This document shows positions 25,078 to 34,837 of a stretch of DNA of 39,935 bases, one piece after another. The position numbers and the translations under genes were made by a program. Numbering within the stretch: position 1 is the first letter of the stretch; every line of letters starts with the position of its first letter. The stretch is from the IMG/VR virus record IMGVR_UViG_2711768011_000006. The stretch is one strand, 5' to 3'. The notes under the pieces were generated by a model, which was given only the letters and a program-made list of their open reading frames with translations, was not told where the DNA came from and did not search any database. The stretch comes from a virus (lineage: Duplodnaviria; Heunggongvirae; Uroviricota; Caudoviricetes).

Positions 25078-27135
25078 ATGGCAAAAAACCTGAAAGCCTC
25101 CCTGATTGTCGATTTACTCGGCAATATTTCTGCCAAATCCCGCCAGTGGTCACAGGAGCTGGGGGCATTCTCCCGTTCCGGCAGGACGGGGCTGGGTGGT
25201 CTTGGAAATGCAGCACGTCGTGCCGGTCAGGAGACAGAACTTGTCGGCTCCCGTATGCAGCGAACGCTTGCCGGTGTTCGTGGCAGTATCCGCACGGTGA
25301 CGTCAGATTTTGACCGCCTTCAGGGCAGCATTACCGGCACCATCGGGCGGATAAGCAACCTTTACGGGATGCTGGCGGGAGGGGCTGCGGTCTACGGGTT
25401 TAATAAAGCCTTTATCCGCCCGGCCGCAGAGATGGAGAACTATATTCTGCGTCTCAACGCCATTAATCATGGCGATACGGCAAAAACGGAAGCAGTGAAA
25501 GCCTGGGCGGTACAGAACGCCAAAGACACCACCTGGGGGCTGGCGGGGGTTATGCAGGAATACGCCTCCAGTCGCGGGTTCGGTATGAGTGACAGGGAAG
25601 CCCGTCGCTTTATTACCATGCTTCAGGATCAGGGCGGCTATCACGGCTGGTCACTGTCAGATGCACAGGGTGCGTCCCTGCAACTCAAACAGATGTTTGC
25701 CCGCCAGAGTATCCAGGCAGCGGACGCCAATATTCTGACCGGATACGGGATTAACGTTTACCAGTTGCTGGCCGATAAGCTGGGTGTAAACCAGAAGATC
25801 ATCCGTGAGAAAGGCGAGAAAGGAAAACTGGGACCGGACAGCATTCGCCTGTTATTTCAGGTGATGGCCGAACAGGCAAAAGGTGCCCAGAAAAACGCCA
25901 TGAATTCCTGGACGGGAATGACGTCCATGATGGGCGATGTCTGGGACGGATTTGCCCGCGAGGTGATGGCAAAGGGACCGTTTGACAGCCTGAAAAAGAG
26001 CCTGAAAGGCTTTCTGGATTATGCTGATGCGGCACAGAAAAGCGGCTTACAGGATAAGCTGGCCACACAGACGGCCTCAGCCCTGAATCAGGGATTTGAG
26101 TATGCCAGAGACGCTGCGACCGGCTTTTACCGGGTCATTCAGAAAGTCAGGGAAACGCTTCAGGCACTGCGCGACGCCGGTTATGGCGATGCGCTGGATC
26201 GCATTGGTCAGGGTGCGCAGACCGCCGCAAAGTACCTGATGTATATGTATCTCGCCTCCCGTGCGCTGAAGGTGCTCAGGTTTGCGGGGACGGGGGCATT
26301 ACGTCTCGGCGCAACCCCCTTACGCTATGGCATGGCGATGACCTCCGTGCTGACGTCGCCCTTCCGCAAACCGCAGACCACTGTACCGGGAACGCAGCCC
26401 GGACGCGCTGGCCGGTTCCTGAATTTCCTTACCGGGGTAAATCCGGCTGCCGTTCAGCCCGTGCTGGTCACCAATTGGCCTGCGGGTGGCCTGGCCTCAG
26501 GTGGCGGGGATGTGGTGGTCAGCGGTGACGGCAAAACCGTGCGCGGCCGTAAAAAACGCGGCCCCGGACGTGGACGGGGTGTCACGACCGTCGTGACTGC
26601 CGGTGAGCAACTGGCGGAGAGTGCCGGTAAACAGGGCTTCTTCGGTCGTATGATGAGCCGTGCCGGTGGTCTGCTAACGGCGGCCGGAAACCGCATGGGG
26701 CTGGGGCGTTTTGCCGGGCTGTTCCGTGGTGCCGGTCGGCTGGGTGGTGGTGCCCTGTGGGCCGGTGCCATGGCGGCTCCTGTACTGCTGGACAGCAGCG
26801 CCAGTGCAGCCGATAAAGCCGGTGCCGTGGGTTCCCTTGCCGGAAGTATCGCCGGTGGCGCGCTGGGGGCGGCTGCCGGTCCGGTCGGGGTTGCCATTGG
26901 TTCCACGGTGGGCAGCTATCTCGGTGATTATCTGGGGGGCTGGCTGACGCAGGCCTGGCAGAAACTGCGTGGCGGCAGTGACGAAAACGGCGGACAGGCC
27001 ACCGCGAAAACCGCCGCACGGGTGGAGCTTGTTGCCCCTGAAGGCTGGCGGGCGCGCAGTATTGATGTGGATGATACCGCACAGCATGGCCTGGATGTGA
27101 ACGTCTGGAACGGAGGGAACTATGGCCTCTACTGA
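25078..27135 (+). CDS. Tail tape measure protein
   Basis: 685 aa, helical N-terminal two-thirds and Gly/Ala-rich C-terminal region. Located between the chaperone and baseplate genes. Confidence 0.85.
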   Translation: MAKNLKASLIVDLLGNISAKSRQWSQELGAFSRSGRTGLGGLGNAARRAGQETELVGSRMQRTLAGVRGSIRTVTSDFDRLQGSITGTIGRISNLYGMLAGGAAVYGFNKAFIRPAAEMENYILRLNAINHGDTAKTEAVKAWAVQNAKDTTWGLAGVMQEYASSRGFGMSDREARRFITMLQDQGGYHGWSLSDAQGASLQLKQMFARQSIQAADANILTGYGINVYQLLADKLGVNQKIIREKGEKGKLGPDSIRLLFQVMAEQAKGAQKNAMNSWTGMTSMMGDVWDGFAREVMAKGPFDSLKKSLKGFLDYADAAQKSGLQDKLATQTASALNQGFEYARDAATGFYRVIQKVRETLQALRDAGYGDALDRIGQGAQTAAKYLMYMYLASRALKVLRFAGTGALRLGATPLRYGMAMTSVLTSPFRKPQTTVPGTQPGRAGRFLNFLTGVNPAAVQPVLVTNWPAGGLASGGGDVVVSGDGKTVRGRKKRGPGRGRGVTTVVTAGEQLAESAGKQGFFGRMMSRAGGLLTAAGNRMGLGRFAGLFRGAGRLGGGALWAGAMAAPVLLDSSASAADKAGAVGSLAGSIAGGALGAAAGPVGVAIGSTVGSYLGDYLGGWLTQAWQKLRGGSDENGGQATAKTAARVELVAPEGWRARSIDVDDTAQHGLDVNVWNGGNYGLY

Positions 27136-28480
27136 CACGCCGGGGCGTGGCTCCTTTCGTGGCGTACCGTTCCTGGTTTATCAGGAGCAGCGGGAACGGG
27201 GCGGACGTAACATTGTGCGCCGTGAATACCCACTGCGTGAAAGCGGCGGTGCGGATGATCTGGGGCCAAAACTCCCGGAGTTCACATTCACGGTTCTGGT
27301 GACCGGAGACGATCTTCAGACACAGCGAAGCCGCCTGCGTGATGCGCTGCGTGCACCCGGTGCCGGTGAACTGATGCACCCGGATTACGGCACGTTAAAC
27401 GTGCTGATAAACAGCTTTGAAAGCCGTTATAACGCCAGCGAGCAGGGAACGGTTGAGTTCACGATCAACGTGATCCCCGCCAGTGACGATACCGCCCCTG
27501 CGGTGGCAGAAGATACGGCAGCTGCGCTGGAGCAGAAAAGCGGCTCAGCAATGAATCAGCTGTTTAACACGCTTTCAGACGGCTGGACGGTGATTTCAGA
27601 CGGTCTGCATGATGTACAGGCCATGACCGACACCATCAGCGATAAGATTGATGCACTGGAGAATGCCGTTTCGGGGATGGGGATTGTGCAGGATATCAGT
27701 GCCTTTACGGCCAGTTTTACTGCCCTGAAAGGCAATGCCGCCGCCCTGATTAATGCGCCCCGTCGCATGGCTGAATCGCTGGCCGGAATGTTTGCCGTGC
27801 TGACCGGGCTGCCCGGCGATCCTTCCCTGTCTCTGACCGGAAAAGCCGGAACGCCGTCCGGCAGCCTGACCACAAACCGTGACAGCATGGCAGAGCAGGC
27901 CATGCCGCAGCTGTACCGCACACTTTCCTCCCTGCGTTACACCCTCAGCGAACAGGATGATCCACAGCGCCTGATTGGCCTGACGCCTGCGGCACAGAAA
28001 AATATCCGTCTGCTGCGGAGCGTGATGCAGAGTGCAACCCTGGTGTCGCAGGCACAGACGCTCGGAAAACTGCTGGATCAGGTCATCCGGCAGAATACGA
28101 CGCACGTTCAGGATACTGACCGTTCGGGCGGACTGGCCTGGCTGGAAAGTTCTGCTGATGTGCAGCGTATCAACCGGGATTTGAGCGATGCCATGGAACA
28201 ACAGGTGCTGGATCTGTCCGCACAGGGCTATACCGGGACTGCCCTTGCATTACGTGATGCAGGGCTTGCGCTGACAGAAGATTTAACCACACGGAGCGTG
28301 CATCTTCCCGGTGCTTTTCAGGTCATGGTTCGCACCACCGAACCGGCACTGGTCACGCTGTACCGTGCCACCGGCAACAGCAGTCGCTGGCAGTATTTTG
28401 TCCGCAGAAACAATATCCCCGATCCGGTTTTTGTTCCGGGTGGCCGCAGCGTGGAGGTGATCAGTGAGCAGCAGGATTGA
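27122..28480 (+). CDS. DNA circularization protein (Mu P / gp43-like)
   Basis: 452 aa in the Mu P position after the tape measure. Confidence 0.75.
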   Translation: MASTDTPGRGSFRGVPFLVYQEQRERGGRNIVRREYPLRESGGADDLGPKLPEFTFTVLVTGDDLQTQRSRLRDALRAPGAGELMHPDYGTLNVLINSFESRYNASEQGTVEFTINVIPASDDTAPAVAEDTAAALEQKSGSAMNQLFNTLSDGWTVISDGLHDVQAMTDTISDKIDALENAVSGMGIVQDISAFTASFTALKGNAAALINAPRRMAESLAGMFAVLTGLPGDPSLSLTGKAGTPSGSLTTNRDSMAEQAMPQLYRTLSSLRYTLSEQDDPQRLIGLTPAAQKNIRLLRSVMQSATLVSQAQTLGKLLDQVIRQNTTHVQDTDRSGGLAWLESSADVQRINRDLSDAMEQQVLDLSAQGYTGTALALRDAGLALTEDLTTRSVHLPGAFQVMVRTTEPALVTLYRATGNSSRWQYFVRRNNIPDPVFVPGGRSVEVISEQQD

Positions 28481-29588
28481 ACTGTATATCGGTGGCAGTA
28501 TTTTTTCCGGCTGGCTGACGGTCAGCGTCCGTCGCTCGCTGGAGCATCTGGCCGGGTCGTTTGAACTGGGGCTGATGCTGCCCGGTGAGCGCATCCCCTC
28601 AGCCCTGCGAACCGGTCAGTCCCTGACGCTCAGAATTAACGGGCAGACGGTCATCAGTGGCTGGCTGGATCAGGTCAGTCAGCGGATCAGTGCAACCCGT
28701 CATCAGATCAGCATCAGCGGTCGGGATAAAACCGGCGACCTGGTGGACTGTGCCGCCATCCATCCCGGCAGCCAGTGGCGCAACCGGACGCTGGCACAGA
28801 TTGCCGCAGATTTATGTGCGCCCTTCGGGATAGCCGTGCGCTGGCAGGTTAACGACGACACGGCTGCACGCCCCTTCAGCTCTTTTACGCTGGAAAACTC
28901 AGAAACCGTGGCGGATGCGCTGACCCGTGCTGCCCGGCATCGCGGGGTGCTGGTGACCAGTAATGCTGACGGCGATCTGGTGTTCACCCAGGCAGGAAGC
29001 CAGCAGACGGACAGACTGGTGCTGGGAGATAACCTGCTTGATGCCGATTACAACACGGACTGGCGAGGACGATACAGCGAATACCGTGTCCGGGGACACG
29101 GGCGCGGTGGTGGCAAACGGGGAGACAGCGAATCCGCCGCCCGTCTGGCAGCACCTGTGGGCGTCATCAGTGATGAGCAGATCGGCCGCTACCGGTCGAA
29201 AATCATCCTCGCCGATCAACAGACAGACACCACCGGTGCACGGCAGCGTGCCCTGCGTGAAATGCGCCGTGCGATTGCCCGTTCAGAACGGTTTTCTGCC
29301 ACCGTGCGTGGCTGGTTCCGGGATGATGGCCGGTTATGGGATGTCAATCTGCTGACCGGTGTTTCAGCCCTGCGTTTCGGTATAGAACAGACTGAACTGC
29401 TGGTCTGTCAGGTGGAGTTTTTACTTGATGAACATAACGGGGAAGTCACCCGGCTGGTACTGGCACCGCGTGACGGCTTTATCGTTCCGGCAGAGCCGGA
29501 CAGTAAGGGCCGGGGTGGTTCCGGTGACGATGTTGATGCCTTTATTCGCCAGCAGATGAAAAAACAGGGGATCAGCTTTGATGAATGA
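28464..29588 (+). CDS. Baseplate hub protein (Mu Q / gp44-like)
   Basis: 374 aa in the Mu Q position. Confidence 0.75.
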   Translation: MSSRIELYIGGSIFSGWLTVSVRRSLEHLAGSFELGLMLPGERIPSALRTGQSLTLRINGQTVISGWLDQVSQRISATRHQISISGRDKTGDLVDCAAIHPGSQWRNRTLAQIAADLCAPFGIAVRWQVNDDTAARPFSSFTLENSETVADALTRAARHRGVLVTSNADGDLVFTQAGSQQTDRLVLGDNLLDADYNTDWRGRYSEYRVRGHGRGGGKRGDSESAARLAAPVGVISDEQIGRYRSKIILADQQTDTTGARQRALREMRRAIARSERFSATVRGWFRDDGRLWDVNLLTGVSALRFGIEQTELLVCQVEFLLDEHNGEVTRLVLAPRDGFIVPAEPDSKGRGGSGDDVDAFIRQQMKKQGISFDE

Positions 29589-30192
29589 TGAAGTGTTCAG
29601 CCGCCTGATTGCCCCGGTAACGCGCGGTATTCGCCTGTTGTTTGGCCGGGGCGTTCTGACCGGCACACATGACGAACTGAAAATGCAGAATGTGCAGCTC
29701 ACCGGCATGGACGGCGAAACCTTTGATGATGTGGAGCGTCCCCAGCAGTACGGGCAGATCAGCGTTCCCCTGCCGGGTGCGGAAACCTTTTTTGCCTGTC
29801 TGGGCGGACAGCGGGATCAGACTGTGGTGCTTGTGGTGGAAGACCGGCGCAGCCGCCCGACCGGACTCACAGCCGGAGATACGGGGGTGTATCACCATGA
29901 GGGGCACCGGATACGGTTAACAAAGGATGGTCGCATTATTGTGACATGCAAAATGCTGGAGATTTACGCCGATGAGGGGATGCGGGTGGATACGCCGGAG
30001 GCCACCTTTACGGGCAATGTGACGGTGGATAAAAACCTGCATGTTAAGGGTAATTTCGTGCTTGATGGTACAGGTAAATCAGACGGGCTGTTCACGATGT
30101 CTGATGCCGTTATTGCCGGGATCACCTATTCCGGCCATGTGCATCAGGATAACGGCAAAGGCAGTAAGACAGGAGCGCCGGAGAATGGCTGA
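29578..30192 (+). CDS. Baseplate central spike/assembly protein (Mu V / gp45-like)
   Basis: 204 aa in the Mu gp45 position. Confidence 0.75.
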   Translation: MMNDEVFSRLIAPVTRGIRLLFGRGVLTGTHDELKMQNVQLTGMDGETFDDVERPQQYGQISVPLPGAETFFACLGGQRDQTVVLVVEDRRSRPTGLTAGDTGVYHHEGHRIRLTKDGRIIVTCKMLEIYADEGMRVDTPEATFTGNVTVDKNLHVKGNFVLDGTGKSDGLFTMSDAVIAGITYSGHVHQDNGKGSKTGAPENG

Positions 30193-30622
30193 TATTGCAA
30201 TTGTATGGGATCAGGGGTGCGGTTCGCTGCAACTGAACGGTGCCGACTTGCTGACGGATGACAGTCTGCTGACGGCCGTTCTGATTTCGCTGTTTACTGA
30301 CCGCCGGGCGCTGGCATCGGATGAAATCCCTGACGGTACGCGCGACCGCCGGGGATGGTGGGGAGACAGTTTTCGCCCGCGCCCCATTGGCTCCCGTCTG
30401 TGGCTTCTCAGCCGGGAAAAAACGCTGGCCTCGGTGATAAGCCGTGCCCGTGCTTACGCGGATGAGGCGCTGGGCTGGCTCAGTCAGGATGGCGTGGCGT
30501 CATCCGTGGTCTGTCATGCAGAACGTGTGGGACACGCGCGGCTGGCGCTTTCGGTGCGCATAACCCTGCCTGATGGTTCAGTGAGGCCCATGATTTTTTA
30601 TGCTGATCTTAAGGGGGAGTAA
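30185..30622 (+). CDS. Baseplate protein (Mu W / gp46-like); ATG at 30185 (ORF frame is open from 30041)
   Basis: ATG at 30185 overlaps the previous stop (ATGGCTGA). 145 aa in the Mu gp46 position. Confidence 0.7.
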   Translation: MADIAIVWDQGCGSLQLNGADLLTDDSLLTAVLISLFTDRRALASDEIPDGTRDRRGWWGDSFRPRPIGSRLWLLSREKTLASVISRARAYADEALGWLSQDGVASSVVCHAERVGHARLALSVRITLPDGSVRPMIFYADLKGE

Positions 30623-31704
30623 TGCCTTATCAGCCTTTACCGCTGGCACAGTTAATCACGCAGACACAGCAGGATATCAGCCAGCGCCTGCCCGGCTCGC
30701 AGCCGGGTGTGAATGAAACCACCCTGAATGCCATTGCTTACGCTCAGGCAGGGTTATCTGCTCAGGAGCATGAGCATCTGGCCTGGATTGCGCGTCAGAT
30801 CATCCCGACCGAAGCCGATGAAGCCGAACTGCTGAAACACTGTGCATTCTGGGGCGTCATGCGTAAGCCTGCCTCTCGGGGGGACGGGCCGGTTCAGCTG
30901 ATGCTGACCACGGATGCGGGGATCAAGGAAGGTGTGCTTCTCCAGCGAAGTGATGGCGTGGTTTACCGTATCACCACCTCCCTGACCGGTAAGGCCGGTA
31001 CGCTGAATGTCAGTGTGGAAGCCGAAAGTGCCGGTCGTGCGGGGAATGCCCCGGCAGGGACAAAACTGACATTTATCACACCGCAGGCGGGGATCAACCA
31101 GACGGCCACGGTGACCGGAACGGGGATCACCGGTGGTGCGGATGTGGAAACCGTGCCGGAGCTGCTTTCCCGTCTGGTTTTCCGGGTGCAGAATCCACCG
31201 TCCGGCGGCACGCAGTATGATTTTGAACGCTGGGCGCGTGAAGTGCCGGGCGTGACGCGGGCATGGTGCCGCCCGGAATGGCCGCAGGCGGGCAGCGTGG
31301 GGGTAACGTTTGTTCAGGATAATAACCCGGATATTTTCCCCGGTGACGGTGATGTTCAGCGGGTGGCGGATTATATCCGCAGTCATGATGATCCGGCGAC
31401 CGGCCAGCCTGTCGGACAGCCTCTGGGGCCGACGGTGACCGTGTTTAAACTGACCAATAAGCCGGTGCCCTTCAGCATCAGGATCATCCCGAAAACACCG
31501 GAGAATCAGGCGGCCGTAAAACAGGCGCTGACCGACCTGTTGTATAACGAATCCCGGCCCGGCGGTCTGGTTCTGCCGTCGTCTTTCTGGCGGGCGGTGG
31601 CAGGGGTGAAAAATCTGGAGGATTTTGAAGTGCGCAGTCCGCTGACGTCAGTTCAGGCGGGAGACAGTGAGCTGCTGACGGTAGGAGAAATCACATGGCT
31701 GTAA
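30622..31704 (+). CDS. Baseplate J-like protein (Mu gp47-like)
   Basis: 360 aa; size and position typical of the baseplate J family. Confidence 0.8.
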   Translation: MPYQPLPLAQLITQTQQDISQRLPGSQPGVNETTLNAIAYAQAGLSAQEHEHLAWIARQIIPTEADEAELLKHCAFWGVMRKPASRGDGPVQLMLTTDAGIKEGVLLQRSDGVVYRITTSLTGKAGTLNVSVEAESAGRAGNAPAGTKLTFITPQAGINQTATVTGTGITGGADVETVPELLSRLVFRVQNPPSGGTQYDFERWAREVPGVTRAWCRPEWPQAGSVGVTFVQDNNPDIFPGDGDVQRVADYIRSHDDPATGQPVGQPLGPTVTVFKLTNKPVPFSIRIIPKTPENQAAVKQALTDLLYNESRPGGLVLPSSFWRAVAGVKNLEDFEVRSPLTSVQAGDSELLTVGEITWL

Positions 31705-32255
31705 CCCTGACCCCGCATCAGCGCGCCCTGTTGCAGTTACTGCCTGACGGGCTGGCATGGGACAAGCGTCCGTCATCCGTACTGGCATCATTATGTCTGG
31801 GCCTCAGTCATTCGACAGCGCGTGTATCCTGGACGGGTAAACAGCTGCTTGCCGAGCGTTTCCCTGACACGTCGCGCCTGCTGCTGGAAGACTGGGAGCG
31901 TTATCTCGGGCTTCCCGAGTGTGATATGGCCGGAGCCACCCTCACGGAGCGACAGCGTTATGCCGGAAATAAATACCGGATGAAGCCCTCGCTGAACCGT
32001 GAATTTTATATCCGGTTTGCGGCGGAGTTTGGTTATCAGATTGACATTCAGCCCTCACCGGATTCGCAGTGGGTCAGTATTGTCACGATTAACAGTGAAA
32101 CCGGCTACCGGAATATGAATGTGCTGGATGATATTCTCACGCCGCTGCGTATTTATGAAGGCGGTGCGCTGGAATGTATTCTGAACCGTTATAAGCCTGC
32201 ATGGCAGACGTTTATTTACGTTTATGCAAACAGCCATGAAGAGGAGACTATTTAA
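31695..32255 (+). CDS. Tail protein (Mu gp48-like)
   Basis: 186 aa directly upstream of the tail fiber gene. Confidence 0.7.
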   Translation: MAVTLTPHQRALLQLLPDGLAWDKRPSSVLASLCLGLSHSTARVSWTGKQLLAERFPDTSRLLLEDWERYLGLPECDMAGATLTERQRYAGNKYRMKPSLNREFYIRFAAEFGYQIDIQPSPDSQWVSIVTINSETGYRNMNVLDDILTPLRIYEGGALECILNRYKPAWQTFIYVYANSHEEETI

Positions 32256-33136
32256 TGTTTCATGTTGATAATAATTCCGGCGTGGCGAATATGCCTGCGC
32301 TGGCACCGGCGCAGAGTAATACCACCACCTGGTTTACCGAAGGTGACGGACAAAAAGGTATCAGCTGGATTGGTCAGGACTGGCTGAATATTCTCCAGGC
32401 CGAACTGCTGAATATTCTGGCTGAAGCCAGTATTCAGCCGGATAAGGCGCAGTTAAACCAGCTTACGCTGTCCATTAAAGCCATTATCGCTGCGAATGCC
32501 TTTTCCCGGAAAAATAACCTGAAAGAAATTGCTGATGCCGGTGCGGAGGCCCAGCGTCTGGCCCGTGGTTATCTTGGTCTGGGGACGCTTGCCACAAAAA
32601 ACAGTCTTGGTCCCGCTGACGTTAATGCCCTGGCGAAGGATCAGAATCTCGCCGACCTGGAGAATAAGGGAACCGCCCGTAATAATCTGGATGTTTACAG
32701 CAAAAGCGAAGGTGATAACCGTTACCTGCGCAGGGAGCAGAACGGCGCAGACATTCCGGATAAAGGGGCTTTTATCGATAACGTCGGTTTACGGGAAACG
32801 GTAAACAGGGCGGCGAATGCCCTGCCATCGGACGGCACCGCCGTTGCCGCGAACAGGCTGGCAAATGCCCACACAATTAATGGTGTTCCCTTTGACGGGA
32901 CGCAGGATATCACTATCTCATCAGGAACAGTAACCGCCATAAGACTGGGGTCGGTGACCGCACATATGCCCGGAACATGGGAAAGCTGGGATCTGAATCT
33001 GGGGGGCGGCAATGTTCTTACCGGAATTAAAGTACAGGATGTCGGTAAGAATACGGCAGATAACGTCGGCGGCGTGTATTACCGGCCGTTGCAGTATCTG
33101 TTAAATGGAGCATGGGTGACGGCTGCAAGTATATAA
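32255..33136 (+). CDS. Tail fiber protein (constant N-terminal part to about 32785 plus currently expressed variable C-terminal part)
   Basis: 293 aa. The 3' third lies inside the invertible segment; the gene crosses the left crossover site and the 68-bp inverted repeat. Confidence 0.8.
   Translation: MFHVDNNSGVANMPALAPAQSNTTTWFTEGDGQKGISWIGQDWLNILQAELLNILAEASIQPDKAQLNQLTLSIKAIIAANAFSRKNNLKEIADAGAEAQRLARGYLGLGTLATKNSLGPADVNALAKDQNLADLENKGTARNNLDVYSKSEGDNRYLRREQNGADIPDKGAFIDNVGLRETVNRAANALPSDGTAVAANRLANAHTINGVPFDGTQDITISSGTVTAIRLGSVTAHMPGTWESWDLNLGGGNVLTGIKVQDVGKNTADNVGGVYYRPLQYLLNGAWVTAASI
32772..32797. promoter_or_regulatory. gix-like recombination site (left): TTATCGATAACG-TC-GGTTTACGGGAA
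   Basis: 26-bp site with 2-bp core. Right half-site is identical to the reverse complement of the left half of the right-hand site. Overall resembles the Gin gix site (TTCCTGTAAACC GA GGTTTTGGATAA) as recalled from memory. Confidence 0.55.
32786..32853 (+). repeat. Inverted repeat, left copy (68 bp), internal boundary of the invertible segment
   Basis: Reverse complement of 34033-34100 with one mismatch. Encodes the shared residues [23 protein letters not shown] in both fiber variants. Confidence 0.85.
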
Positions 33137-33144
33137 TGATATTC

Positions 33145-33168
33145 AGAAGGCCTTCCGGCCTTCTTTAT
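33145..33168. terminator. Hairpin between the convergent tail fiber and tail fiber assembly genes (AGAAGGCC-TTCC-GGCCTTCT followed by TTTATT)
   Basis: 8-bp perfect stem with 4-nt loop, flanked by a T-run on the plus strand. Confidence 0.55.
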
Positions 33169-33689
33169 TACTGTGGCTGCTCAGGCCATTTAATGGCGTT
33201 AAATTCAGCTTCTGTTTTAATGGCGGGTAGTTCCATTTTCTTCACCTGACTGATGTATGCCATCCATTGGGTAAGTGCTGCTCTGTCTTCATCGCTGATG
33301 GTGCCCAGTTGTAGCTCCGTTCTCCAGTCATTAATTTTTTCATATGCCTGATTAAGATATGACTGGCGCATTGCTTCCAGTTTTCTTGCGTAGTTAACCG
33401 GAATACGGGAGATTATGCCATTATCAAACTTCCAGTTTCCTGAAATATCCGTGCCTTCAGGGAGTTCATCGACCTCAACCACAGAAAACCCCGCAGGATA
33501 CAGCGCCGAGGCGTCCTGTGATATTGAGCAGATAACGCCGCTGTCAGGTGTTATGCAAAGTTTATATTTTTTGGTGAATAATGGCAGGGATTCGTAGAAA
33601 TCCTTACCATCTTCACTCTGGAAATACTGAACATTATTACCATATGGCATATTTTCAGGATAATAACGGGTTATATTTTTTAGTTCCAT
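33168..33689 (-). CDS. Tail fiber assembly protein (chaperone for the alternative fiber C-terminus; Mu U'-like position)
   Basis: 173 aa inside the invertible segment on the opposite strand, immediately downstream of the alternative fiber C-terminal segment. Confidence 0.75.
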   Translation of the reverse strand: MELKNITRYYPENMPYGNNVQYFQSEDGKDFYESLPLFTKKYKLCITPDSGVICSISQDASALYPAGFSVVEVDELPEGTDISGNWKFDNGIISRIPVNYARKLEAMRQSYLNQAYEKINDWRTELQLGTISDEDRAALTQWMAYISQVKKMELPAIKTEAEFNAIKWPEQPQ

Positions 33690-33740
33690 AAAATCCTCCT
33701 GGAAATAAATCTGTTTTAAAATATATTATTTACTGACTAT

Positions 33741-34100
33741 TTATAACTGAGATACCGTAATCCATGTACCTCCGACTAATTTTTGCAGGGGTCTGAATGC
33801 TATAAAATCGTTTGAAGCATCAACTTTACTGTCAATCTGCAGGCCTGCCATAACATTACCGTACGCAGAGTAATATGCCCCACCGTACATTACCTGCCTG
33901 TTCTCTGCTCCCAGCCTGATATCCTGGATATATCGGGAATCCGCATCCTGCTGTGTTATACCAGAAGTGATGTTTATGTCCTGCGTCCCGTCAAAGGGAA
34001 CCCCATTAATATTTCTTGGGGTGGCGAGTCTATTCGCGGCAACGGCGGTGCCGTCCGATGGCAGAGCATTCGCCGCCCTGTTTACCGTTTCCCGTAAACC
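33741..34100 (-). other. Alternative tail fiber C-terminal coding segment (no start codon of its own; would be fused to the constant fiber part after inversion)
   Basis: Minus-strand frame continuous with the inverted repeat reads [47 protein letters not shown]...WITVSQL then stop. Its first residues are identical to the current fiber at the repeat and then diverge. Confidence 0.65.
34033..34100 (-). repeat. Inverted repeat, right copy (68 bp)
   Basis: Reverse complement of 32786-32853 with one mismatch. Confidence 0.85.
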
Positions 34101-34114
34101 GAGGTTTTCAGGAA
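34089..34114. promoter_or_regulatory. gix-like recombination site (right): TTCCCGTAAACC-GA-GGTTTTCAGGAA
   Basis: Near-palindromic 26-bp site. Differs from the recalled Mu gixL at 1 position in the left half. Confidence 0.6.
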
Positions 34115-34179
34115 AGCCAGGATTAACTCTGTTTTATTCCTCATGCGACAATTCCGGCTTTTTATAATAAGGAAATCGT

Positions 34180-34752
34180 ATGCTGATTGGGTATATCAGG
34201 GTGTCAACAAATGACCAGAATACGGCGCTACAAAGAAATGCGCTGGAATGTGCAGGATGTGAGCTGTTTTTCGAAGACAGAATAAGCGGTAAGACAAGGG
34301 AGCGTCCCGGACTTAAACGCGCATTAAAGCGACTCCGGCCAGGGGATACCCTGCTGGTCTGGAAACTGGATCGCCTTGGACGCAGTATGCAGCACCTTGT
34401 CCTTTTAACAGAAGAACTCCGGCAACGCGGCGTTAACTTCCGCAGCATTACGGACAATATTGATACATCCACTCCCATGGGACGTTTCTTTTTCCATATA
34501 ATGGGCGCGCTGGCGGAAATGGAGCGGGAACTCATTATTGAACGTACACGCGCGGGTCTTGCTGCTGCCCGTGCTCAGGGGCGTCATGGCGGCAGACCTC
34601 AGAAACTGACAGAGAAAGAGCGGGAGCAAATCGCCCGTTTGCTGGCTAATGGCGAGTCCCGTAAACAAATCGCACTGATATTTGATATTGGCCTTTCCAC
34701 CCTTTATCGTTATTTTCCTGCCTCACCAGCTCCGTCACCAAAAGTACCGTGA
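34180..34752 (+). CDS. gin: Site-specific DNA invertase, serine recombinase (Gin/Pin/Hin/Cin family)
   Basis: 190 aa. N-terminal catalytic region (MLIGYIRVSTNDQNTALQ...WKLDRLGRSMQHLV) and C-terminal HTH (GESRKQIALIFDIGLSTLYRYF). Sits adjacent to the invertible segment as in Mu. Confidence 0.95.
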   Translation: MLIGYIRVSTNDQNTALQRNALECAGCELFFEDRISGKTRERPGLKRALKRLRPGDTLLVWKLDRLGRSMQHLVLLTEELRQRGVNFRSITDNIDTSTPMGRFFFHIMGALAEMERELIIERTRAGLAAARAQGRHGGRPQKLTEKEREQIARLLANGESRKQIALIFDIGLSTLYRYFPASPAPSPKVP

Positions 34753-34837
34753 CGCTTTTTTGAATTTCCGCAAAACACATATTTTTCAGCGGTCGCTATT
34801 CTGACTCTGTTTAATTCAGAAACAGGCAGAAAAGACG

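Noticed and set aside
26454-28201. Long minus-strand ORFs opposite the tape measure and DNA circularization genes (26582-27379, 26454-26906, 26674-27138, 27596-28201)
   Set aside because: Low-complexity Pro/Arg/Ala-rich translations antisense to clear structural genes; judged spurious.
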